Shown here piece by piece: positions 41,401 to 53,400 of a stretch of 64,000 nucleotides of DNA. Source of the DNA: Phoronis australis (Eukaryota > Animalia > Phoronida); the NCBI GenBank assembly GCA_002633005.1, contig NMRA01000133.1, positions 195,886-259,885 of the forward strand, written 5' to 3'. The position numbers and the translations under genes are program-made. Each line of letters begins with the position of its first letter. The stretch's first letter is position 1. The notes under the pieces are model-generated. The model had not been told where the DNA came from and searched no databases. It saw only the letters and a program-made list of their open reading frames with translations.

Positions 41401-44400
41401 AAACCTGACATTGCAAACTCCCCACAGTATAGATGTGGACTCACAAACATGAATATGAATTTTGCAATTCCCATTTGAATTTTCGTTTTTGGAGAACATT
41501 GAACCATCAAGTTAAATGTGGGAACCGTCGCCTGTAGAAAACCAAGAGAGGCATGATCTCAACATTTGACAATAAACAGCTTATCCGTCTAAATCCTGTA
41601 GCTGGGGACAAAAGTCAGTTTTTTGAGCTGTTGGGCATCGAGAAGAGTTTCGTTAACTTTACTTACCAGGGAGTTGCACGTGTTGTTTTAGAAATGGTAA
41701 CTTTTCAGTATTTCATGCAAAACTAACGAAAGAAGTTGTTTTCAAATTTTTAAAGACTGACTACTTGTTATCCTGCAAATAAAGAAGATTTACTAACTGT
41801 GTTTTTGACATCTTAATGTTCAATTTTGTGAGAAACTTCGTAAATTGAAATTTCCAGTATCAGTTGTATTGCGTAATAAATGGGTGAAATGTTACTTAGG
41901 ACGTTTATTGATATATCCTTATCACTGTTTCTTCATCTTTGTTTAGGCGCTGGTTCTATAACCTACTCCATTGTTGCCGGAGATCCCTCAAGCTACTTCT
42001 CTATCAACCCGTCAACGGGCGTGGTGACCACTCGGACCGTGCTGGACCATGAGCGGCACTCGTCTCTGCTGCTGAACCTGCAAGCAGCCATTGGCAACCC
42101 TCCTTTGTATGGTAGAACACAGGTAATTCGAAGCAATTTACTCCTAACTTGTTTCATTCCTGTTTGAAGTTTGCTATTTAGGCATGAGTTAGTTAACACC
42201 TCAATGGGTCTCTGACACGTTTACCATTGTCTGACAAGCAAATTAGTTCAGAGTGGAATGAATCAAGGTGAGTGGCAATAACTATTGTCGTTGAAGCCAT
42301 CAATGAACTTCATCCTGTCCCTTTTTCATCTTGTATAATATCATGGCGTATTAAAAAAATGAACCAAAACCAGGATTTTCAAACATGTTGCTACATGGAG
42401 CTTTAAAATAGTTTTCATAGCTATTTGTACTTGTTGCAAATTTGCGGGTTGTGTTTGCTTGTCACATGCAGGACAATGCAGTCATAATTTTCCTAAAATA
42501 ATTGAGTATTCTAAAATAAGCACACTGGAGTTGATGGAATGTTATTAATAGGGTAATCGTAACCATAGTGAACACATACAAACACGCCATCTAGTGTCAT
42601 GTTAAGAAAAACGGTTTGTTTTCTTCTGTTGTAGTTGAACATCACCATCACTGACGTTAATGACAACCCTCCCCATTTCAATATCCGTAACATCGCCATA
42701 AATATCCGTGAGGACACCGACACGAACACTGTCATTTATCAGGCGCACGCCGTCGACCCTGACAGTGGCGCTAATGGTCGTGTCCGCTACACGTTGCTAA
42801 CGAATCCTGCAGGCAGGTTCACCATCAACGCAGTGTCTGGCGCCATTCGCCTTACTCAAGCAGTTGACTATGAACAGAGAAAAAACTACACGGTTGTAGT
42901 TGGGGCACAAGATGGCGGAACACCTTCAGAGTCGTCGCAAATGGTCGTCATATTTAATATTCAAGACGTGAATGATAACGCACCTGTGTTCACAGCTAAC
43001 AAATACACGTTCACCATCTCAGAGGCTGTCGGGCCATCCACTAAGATCGGCCAGGTCAAAGCAACTGATCGCGATTCTGGAAACAATGCCCGTATCACCT
43101 ACAATTTGGTCCGATCTTCCCAGGCGCCCCTAAGCTTTGGAATATTTACCAATGATGGCTACATCTATAACACTCAGACTCTGAATCGTGAAGTCAAGGA
43201 CAAATATGTGTTTCAAGTTATGGCCTCAGATAATGGCAGCCCTATCAAGAACTCTTTGGTCACCGTTGAGGTTATTGTTGAGGATGTCAATGATGTTAGC
43301 CCTGACTTTACACGTTCGGTGTATCAGTTTTCTCTTTTGGAGAATGAGCCAGTAGGCACGGTCATAGGTATGGTGTCGGCAGTCGATGGTGACCTGGGAG
43401 ACAACTCCAAGCTCACTTACGAGCTAGTAAGCACGAGCAGCAGCTTTGCAGTGGAGCCCAACAGCGGACAAATCAAAACAAAGATCAGGTTTGATCGTGA
43501 GTCTGGTGTGATGGAATACGTGTTTACAGTCAAGGTTAAGGACCATGGCAGTGAGCCACTCAGTGACACGGCCGATGTCAAGGTCACTATACTAGACCGC
43601 AATGATAATCCGCCACAGTTCCAGCCTAGCTCCGCCTACAATGCAGGCGTGGAGGAGAATAAAGCCAAAGGAACAAGTGTCATCCGCGTGTCTGCCGTTG
43701 ATCCGGACGTGGGTCGAAATGGCACAGTGAGGTACTCGCTGAAATCCGGTGTTGGCGATAATAGGAACTTCCAGATCAATCCACTGTCAGGCTGGATCAC
43801 CACTACAGAAGTATTAGATCGTGAGACCAAGGGCTCATACACTCTTGTTGTGATTGCCAGAGATAATGGTATTCCGTCTCAGTTATCATCGCAGGCTACT
43901 GTTCAAGTAACTGTGAGAGATGTTAATGAACCACCCACATTCCCAACGGCATTCATTTCGTTCAGCGTAAAAGAGAACACGCCCCCAGGGACAATCGTTG
44001 GCAGGGTTCAAGCCAATGATAATGACCAAGGAGCCAATGCGGAAATCAAATACTATCTGGTTAGCGGAAATTTGTTTGGTACATTTGGACTGAACATGAC
44101 TACTGGAGATGTATACATAGCACGCCCTGTTGATTACGAGATGAGCTCTGGCTACCAAATGAGAGTGCATGCTGTGGACAGTAGTGCCATTAATCAGCAG
44201 AGTACCTACGTCAATGTCAATATTACGGTCCTCGACATGAATGACAACCAACCAAAGTTCACACAAGATCCAGTCGTCTTGAGCGTGAATGAAGGGTTAA
44301 GTAGCGGCTCTGAAGTATTCACGTACACTGCAACTGACGCTGACAGTGGCTGGAACAGCATGTTAAAGTACACCATTGTTAGCCAATCGCCTGATGGCCA

Positions 44401-47400
44401 GCCATATTTTGTTCTTGATTCCACTTCTGGCAAACTGACGGTTGGTCCTCGTGATATTGACGCAGAAGTCGACAGTGAAATTCTGCTCATAGTTCAAGCA
44501 GAGGACCAGGCTGTAAAAGTAAGTGACAGAAGAGTGACTCGTCTAACCACCATTATCACGGTAGTTGATCTCAATGACAATGCGCCATCATTTCAGTCGA
44601 GAAATGTCATTAGCGTCATGGAGGACGAACCAGTTGGATACCCGGCAACACACGTGATTGCCCGTGACAACGACAAAGGAGAAAATGGCCGTGTCACGTT
44701 CACGATTCTATCGGGGAATGCCGAACAGAAGTTTCACCTTGATACCACCTCGGGTCTTCTTACTCTCAAAGCCATGTTAGATCGTGAGGAGAAAGCGCAA
44801 TACCAGCTTGTGATTATGGCCACTGACCATGGGTCAACCCCAAAGTCATCCACGCAGACCTTGACCATCAATGTAATTGACCTGAACGACAATGCGCCTC
44901 ATTTTGAGAAGGCTGTGTACAAAGTTAACGTTACAGAAAATCAGCCTCAGATACCTGTTACTACTGTCGTGGCAACGGACACAGATTCAGGTCAGTTGTT
45001 GTTGATTTATAGTTTCTAGGAAATTTTACATTATAGACATTAAGAATTAGCATACTGCAAGCATTCAAGCTTGTGTGATATGCAAGCAAAGGATCTACTT
45101 TGTAAAATTGCTTTTTCCTAAATAATATTTAATAACCAATGGCTTTGAAATCTGAATGTCTAATAAAAATGTTTAATCGTATTATGAGGGAAAAATTCTC
45201 GCATTGATAGTTATTAGGTTTTCACCACAATGGACATTGTGTGACATGGTCTAATCAACTACTGGTGGATTTTTTTCTTAAAGCCTAAGTATTTACTGCT
45301 GAAAATGAACAATCGTTTCCTTCAGTAACTTGAAAACCATATTTTTAACTGACTTCTTCTTTTGGAGGCTTCATCATATTGTCAGATGGCATTAATTTCA
45401 ATGGAAGTTTTGTTTATTTTCTATTTTTTTCATTTTATTTTTGTTAAATGGATGTTACACTCTTTTCTGATGCAGGCGATAACAGCAACCTGACCTATTT
45501 CTTTGCTGAGGGCACAGCTGGTGGAAAATTTGAGATCGACGCAAAGACTGGTGAGATAACTACGACAGAGGTTCTTGACCGTGAGCAAAGGGATACGTAC
45601 ATCTTGACCGTGTACGTCCGCGATAATGGCTTCCCAACGCAGTACGATTCTGCCACGGTAATTGTGGATGTGCTGGATGTCAACGATCACACACCAGTGT
45701 TCGTCTCTTCAGTTTATGCCCTAGTGGTTCCGGAGAATAATGCAGCCGTGACGGTGATTCATTCCGTGGTGGCAACCGACGCAGATTCCGGTGTCAATGG
45801 CAATATTACCTACAGCATCATAGGTTGGTAGATAACATTTTGGCTTTTTTTTATCTACAGAAATTGTTGTTAGGCTTTGCCATACATTTACAGTTTCTGA
45901 AATTTAGGACTTTTGCCACTGCAATCTGAAAGTTATCTGTTGGAATAGCCTGCCAGGGAATGTTGTCGAGACAAAGAAAGATTGGATTTAGGATTCAAGT
46001 GTTTCAGTTACTTTCCTTAAAATCAAAGTCTTTGTTAAAATGTCACCCATAGGGTTGTATATGCTTACAGTAGCTATTTCCAGTATATTGGTCTCCATCA
46101 TTATTCATTTGACCACTTGATTTTTTTGTCGAAGGATGGTTTAAATAATAAGAAATAAACACTCATTCAAACTATGTTTTTTCGTTTCCAGCTGGTAACA
46201 TTGGCAACAAGTTCTCTATCAATCCACGGACAGGGGAACTTAGTGTGGGTGCACTCGACCGAGAGGCACAGGCTCGCTACAACCTCACTATCCGTGCTCG
46301 AGACCAGGGTGTGTCCCCCCTCTCCAGCACGTGTCTGGTCACGGTTACTGTGGAGGACATCAATGATAATGACCCCGTCTTCACCAAGGATGTCTACGCG
46401 AAGAGTATATATGAGGATGAACCCATCGGTGCCACGGTGATGACGATTCAGGCTACGGATGCAGACGAGGCGGGCAATAATAGCAAGATCTCGTATAGTT
46501 TGAACAACAGGACCCAGGGAATGTTCAAGATAAACAATAGTACAGGCGTCATCACAACAACAGGGTAAGTGGTCAATGGTAGATCACAATAACAGGGTTA
46601 GTGGTCTATAGTACATCATAGTACAGGGTAAGTACATTGTATACATCACTACAACAGGGTAAGTGGTGTATTGTGTATATCACAACAACAGGGTAAGTTG
46701 TCTATAATATATCATAGCAGCAGAGTGTGTGGTCTATAGTATATTGTCTCAGGTAAGCCGGAGAAAAACTCTTGCATAAATCTGATTCAATTGGACTTAG
46801 AAAAGGTGAAATCTGAATTATCCAAAGGGATGATTGTGCAAACTAAAACATTATATGTCTCAGATGTTGGATCAAACTAGAATGAGATTTTATCCTTCAA
46901 AAGCAAAATCCAACTTATCGTAAGGGTCGAGTGCACAAACTTTATCTAACAGAAATTTTGTCCAAGTTAGACGAGCAATCCACTTAGTAGTGTTTGTCAT
47001 TTATTTTATTATAAGTTAGAAAGGAATAACACACGCTGATATAGATCCACTTGGTCATTCAAACTTCCACACTGATGATATAAAGACATAATGTGCATTA
47101 CTAATGTACTAATGTGCTTTCTTCATCAAAATGTCTACCATGAAATTTTTGTATTATTTTCTTCTCCTTTTTATTCTTGAGTTATTGCCAAAGACTATTG
47201 TTATTATTTCCTCATAGTCACATGTTACAAGGATATGTAAGAGGTAATGGCGATTAATTAGCAATTTTACCGTTTACATTTTAGCCTCTTAAACCGGGAG
47301 AAAGTTGCCAGTTATCAGTTTGAGGTAAGAGCGTCCGATGCCGGGCTCTACGATCCCCGGAAGTCGGTCAAGCAGGTGACCATCACAATACTGGACGTCA

Positions 47401-50400
47401 ACGATAATGCGCCCTACTTTACACAGATCCCATTCAATGCTAACGTCTCCATCGGAACACGAACGGGAACGGAAATATCACAGGTAGAGTTCTCACGAAC
47501 GCGTATTCACATGTTATTCAAAAATACCTGATAGGACATCAACCTTAGTGAATTAATTGCCAGTTCTTCACAAATCCAGAAAGCCCTTCTCATTTGAGTA
47601 AGGAACAAGTTGAGACCAATTTCACAGCAGTAAGTCTAAGACAACAGTTTGCTTTTTGGGTGGAATGCAGGTTTATTGCCACTTTAAGTGAAGAAAATAA
47701 TGGAATGAAATTAATGAGAATTTTGTTGGTTCCAGTTGATTGCTGAAGACAAGGATGAAGGTGTCAATTCTCAGATCGTGTACAGATTCAAGCAGCCTGA
47801 TGGAAAGCAAGAGAAATATTATAGTATTGAGAGCTTGCAGAACAAAGGTCACGTGAAAGTAAAGCGGTCGCTTGACATCAACGCAGGCAACATTCACACC
47901 ATGACAGTGAAGGCATGTGATAACGGCATCAACAAGCAGGGAGGAAGTGATTCACTCTGCTCTGAAGGTAAGATAACTTTGTACTCGTACGCCCAATTCC
48001 TGTGTTTCAGTCATGTCATAAAGTCCAAGACAGATGCAAATTGCCTATTCCTAAAATACCACATAATACAGCAGTTTACTTTTCTATTTCACAATATATT
48101 TGTTCTTCATTTTTTGCTTCATCCATTTAAATAAAGCCGTTCCTTGACTTTTCTAACACAGTCCCTGCTTTCACTTGTCTACTGACTGCGTTGCTAGAGG
48201 TCGTTGATCTTCCAATTTTTCACAAATCCTGATGTTCATAGTCCTACTGTTTTCAGACAGAGATTAACATTTGCTGAGCTGACCTAAGGAGTGAATTGAA
48301 AGTGCTCAACACTAAAATGGGATCATCTGATTTCATAGCCAAATTTCATTTTTTCACCTGTTTCACAACTTGCTGGTATTGGTAATGGTTCTTGTATAGT
48401 AATCGCACACTATCAAGAAAAATATTTTTACCTGATGTGAGACGAGCAACTTTCTATTTGAATTGTATGAGCTGTTTTTTTGTCTTTCTTGTTTCACTTA
48501 TTTGTCAATCCTACCCTTGTTTCCCCAGGTTTACTGGTGGTCCGTATTGGCGACAACCCAAGTATCAGTACGCTGCGCTTTGACAAGTTTACCTATGCCG
48601 CATACATTTCTGAGGCAGCCACCGTGGACACTGAGGTAACCACTGTCAGAGCCAGCTATGTACAGCCTAGCCCAGGACAGACGAGCATAAAGTACAGCTT
48701 TGCTAACAGTAACGATGATGAGATTTTCCGTATCAACGAAGATAATGGTAGGTTATCCTATTACCCCGAACATTAATCTTTTATAAGGGACTTAATTTCT
48801 AGTGAGTGACAGAAGTTTGGATTTTCGTAAGAGGTTTACAACTTTTCTGGGCATTCTTCCAATAATTCCGTGTTGAAGTACTACTCAGTGTTTACCCACA
48901 ATGCTGTGCCCAAGGAAGCCACTTGAGCTACAACTACAACCGTGCTTATAACTAATTGCAAATCAAACTTAGCTTGTCATTATTCTACATGCCAATAAAG
49001 TTTCACTACCTTGTATAGTGGCCAAAAACAATATGAGTTATTGTTAAGAATTTGTGGTTCATTTGTTGATGTATTATGCCTGGTTTTTGGATAATTTACT
49101 CCTGATTTACTTTTATTCAACTAGGTGTCATCACTATCAAGGATCAGACCAAGTTGGATTACGAGACGACCCAGCGACTTCGTCTCATTGTTCTCGCAGC
49201 ATCTACCACGGCACATGGCTACACAACTGTCTGGGTCAATTTGAATGACTACAATGACAATGCCCCCAAGTTTGCTGAGAATCGATACACATCGTCCGTG
49301 TACGAGGGCAACAACAGGGGTACTTATGTAACCCAGGTAAGTCGCAGTCTGAATTTTCATTGGGAAGTTATTTGTAGGAATTTCTTTTTGAAAGCAGCGA
49401 GAACAATTACAATTAAATTCAAGTAACCAAATCGTAGGGCTAGAGGATAGCAAGTTTAGTGTAGGGTTACACATAGTGTGTTCAGAGAAATTGGCTTATA
49501 ATATAGAAAACGTTCTGAAAAGGGAAAAAGGATTATTTTAGACATAAGGACTCTTATTGTTATGAACATTATTTTGTTTGTCTATGTATAAGGATGAAAC
49601 TGTCCTAAATTAACACTCATCATAATTGATGCTCTATATTGGTATGAAAGGCCTCTGGCCCAGAGCGTGTTCACAATGTTCTCTAGCCAATAGAGGGTGT
49701 TTAGTGAAGCCTAGCTTCAGTTAGCTTGTGACACTGCAGGCTCATGGTGTGTTTGGCTTGTGACATGAACATAATGAATGTATACGCTCAGAAGTTTATG
49801 GGCAGGATGCCCACTGCAAGTCTGATTGGATTTCTATGTGGCATCTGTGGTTCCGTTGGTTCAGTTTACTGGAATGTCTGCAGAGTTAGCAGAAGGTACC
49901 TGGTTCGCATCCCGGTCGGGGCAGAAATCTTTTCAGACTTGTGTTCATTAGGTCATATGATGTGGCCAACAGGTGGCGTGCAGACCAGACTTAAGACAAG
50001 AACATGTTTGAGTTGCAAATGATCTAGCACTGCTGTTTCATTATGAAACCTTTTATAAAATCATGCTCGCTAACATTTATTATAGGTATCGGCCAGCGAT
50101 GCAGACTCTGGCGATAATGGCCAGATTCGCTACAACATTGTCAGTGGCAACCGCAACGATGCCTTCACCATCTTCCCTGCTCATAGTGGGATCGTCACGA
50201 CCAATAAGAGACTTGATCGTGAAATCCAGGACTCCTATAGGTTGGAGATCGAGGCGGTCGACATGGGTGACCCACCACGCTCCAGTACATGTACTCTGAG
50301 GATTACAGTGGTGGATATCAATGATAACGAACCGTTCATACCAGACCTGGTGCCAGTTAGTCTCCCAGAAGGTAAGTTTGATCCCATCAGGTTGCTCCTA

Positions 50401-53400
50401 AATGAGTATTCTGAATATGTAAGCCATGTTATGGAGGTAGTATCTGGCTGAAATAAGTAGCATATGAGATCATCCTAGCACACAAAATTAAAGTTTTCAG
50501 AATTGTGGTGTAAAGCATTCCAGAAAAAAGCGATTAAGCTAAAATTTTCCAGAAAAATCGCAATGGTTGTTGAAAAATTGTTCTAGTGTGCTGTGAGAGT
50601 CATTAACTCATACTTACTCGGAACAGTCTTTATTCTACATTTTCTTGGTCATTGCATTATTTTTTGGACTTGAAAATTGGCGTTGTTCTCTTTACAGGAA
50701 CTGACGTAGGTACTGTCATCACCACGGTAACAGCCACGGATGCCGACACTAACCCCACACTTACCTACAGCTTTGCTCCCAATGGTAATCCTGACAACAC
50801 GTTCAGCATTGATCGGTTCAGCGGGAAACTGAGCTTGGCCAAGAGTGTGGACCACGAGAAAAAGTCTCTATATGTGCTCATGATAACGGTGAGTGGACAG
50901 TCTGATGTAGTCCAACTTCCTTCACTGACAATGGGACATTTCTTTCCATTGCATAGAAGGCGTTTGAGTCGTCCTATTTTTGAATCCAAAACACTTGAAT
51001 CCTTGATAAGTGTAATAAGGGATGGTAATATGATCAGCTGCGACCAATACATGCACTAATATACATAACGCTTAAATCATCAAATAACACCCAGCAGGAA
51101 TTTGCATCAGTCGGTTCCAACCGAACCCAACTGCTTTCTTCCACATTAGATTAAAGAGACTTAACATAAAGGTCACATGGAAAAATTAGAACACAAAAAC
51201 AAGCGAATTGTTGAACATTTTCTGAGTTGTGCAAAGATCTGACTTGTGTGCCACCTGTTGTTTCAAGTTATGCATGACTGGAAATAAGGCTGTGAGAAAA
51301 GTCCAACGAAAGTAGGTAAATTTCACTTTAAATACACTTGTCATAGAGACTGTTTGTCAACTTTTCTTACAGGCCTCGGACACCGTTCACGACACCACAG
51401 CCAATTTGACGGTGAATATCCTCGACGTCAATGACAACGCACCCGTCTTCAGAGACACCACCTATATGGTAGATGTTCCCGAATTGTCACCTCCTGGGTA
51501 TTCTGTCATTACTGTGACCGCCTCCGACGCCGACTCTGGGCGGAATAGTGACATCACATACAGTATTGTGTCCGTCCAAGGCAGTGAGGCATTCCATATA
51601 AATCCTTCAACTGGTGAGTTCTGAATATGACTATTCTTTTGTTGCTCAGGCGCTTTTGTTGCTGAGACTCATTTGTTGCTGAGGCTTTTTTGCTGCTGAG
51701 GCTCTTTTGTTGCTGAGGCTATTTTGTTGCTGAGGCTATTTTGTTGCTGAGGCTATTTTGTTGCTGAGGCTATTTTGTTGCTGAGGCTATTTTGTTGATG
51801 CTTGAATAGAAGGGACCTCTCTATGCAATAATGTATGTTTCTCAGATTTTGTGAGCAAAGAAAATATTAAACGCAGTAACAGTTGTTGATCCATAAATCA
51901 AGCAAGCTGTTTTTCTCTGTTACGCATTCCCATCAACTGTTCTGTCGTTTCAGGTACCATCTACACTAATAAGACGGTGATCTACTCGCCCAATCAGCAG
52001 GTAATCTCTCTGGTCATTACAGCGACGGATAATGGCCGTACACCTCTCAGTAGTCTGGTCAGTGTACGTATACGCATTACGGATATCAACAACTACAGCC
52101 CTAGGTTCCTGGGCAGTCCGTACAGGTAATGACTGGATTTGGTTGTAACTATTCACTTTTGTTGCCAGAAGGCTGGGTTGGTTATGTTCAGACACTGTTT
52201 ATCAAAAAGTGACATTTAATGTGAGTGAACTCAACACTGGTTTCATGAGAATTGTTCAGTTATTTCTCACAAAAATAATTAAGTCCATTCTTTTTGAAAT
52301 TTTACATAAATTTTACATGATAAATTTCAACTTTCCTTGCCTTATTGCATGTCAAATAGGTTTGTTGAAGAATTATTCTGAGTGTATTGAAAGCAGCCTT
52401 GTAGGAATTCGTCTTACTTGGTAATTGACTGATTGCCTTTAATTCATTCTGGCCTTTCTTTGCTGTTGTTATTCTAAAGCTTTGTCTTGTTACTATGAAT
52501 CTTTTTGTACCATTTATTATCAACTTTTCTAGTCTCTGTTCTTTTTGGAAGTTTTGTCAAAGATTTAATCCTGTCTTGTAAATGGTCATAAATGGTCTTT
52601 TTGCAGCGCTTATGTCAATGAACACACGGCCACTGGCAGGACCATACTGCAAGTGTCGGCTGAAGACAAAGATGATTCGACGGACAACAAACGCGTCAAC
52701 TACGAGATTCAATCTGGTAATGAGGAGAACAAGTTTGAAATTATCCCCAGCACAGGAGAGATAATTTTAGTCGGAGATCTAGATCGCGAGACTAAGTCAT
52801 TGTACACACTCAGTGTGAAGGCTTCGGATCACGGCACGCCACCTATGGCTTCTACTGCCACTGTGTTTATTTACGTAAATGATATCAATGACTGGGCACC
52901 GGAATTCAATCAGTCCGTGTATAGTGTATCGGTCGATGAAAGCATTCCACCAGGGACATCTATTGTCCAGGTTTACGCCACCGACAAAGATGTCGTCAGT
53001 CAAGAGATTGAGTACGCGATCACTTCGGGCAACGAGGACGGAATGTTTGTCGTTAATGAGCAGACCGGCTTGATTTCTGTTTCGTCGACCAAGCAGGTTG
53101 ATCACGACACAAAATCGATATATAAACTGGTTGTCCGGGCACGAGACTCCGCCATTCAAGGACAAGATCGTTTGTCTGCGTATGCTACTGTCATAGTGAA
53201 CATTACTGATATCAATGATCATGAACCGATGTTCCCAGTCCTGATGTACCTAGAAAGTGTCAGGGAAGATGCTAAAGTCGGTACAAGTGTGTTCACAGCT
53301 CACGCCAACGACGGAGACAAGGGAATCTATGGCACTGTGGAGTATCAGATTACTGAGAATAACGAATATTTCCTCATCGATAAGAACACAGGTGTGGTAA

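Noticed and set aside
49850-49923. Functional tRNA-Thr gene
   Set aside because: Missing invariant U33 and D-loop GG, with stem mismatches; reported as a pseudogene/SINE head instead.
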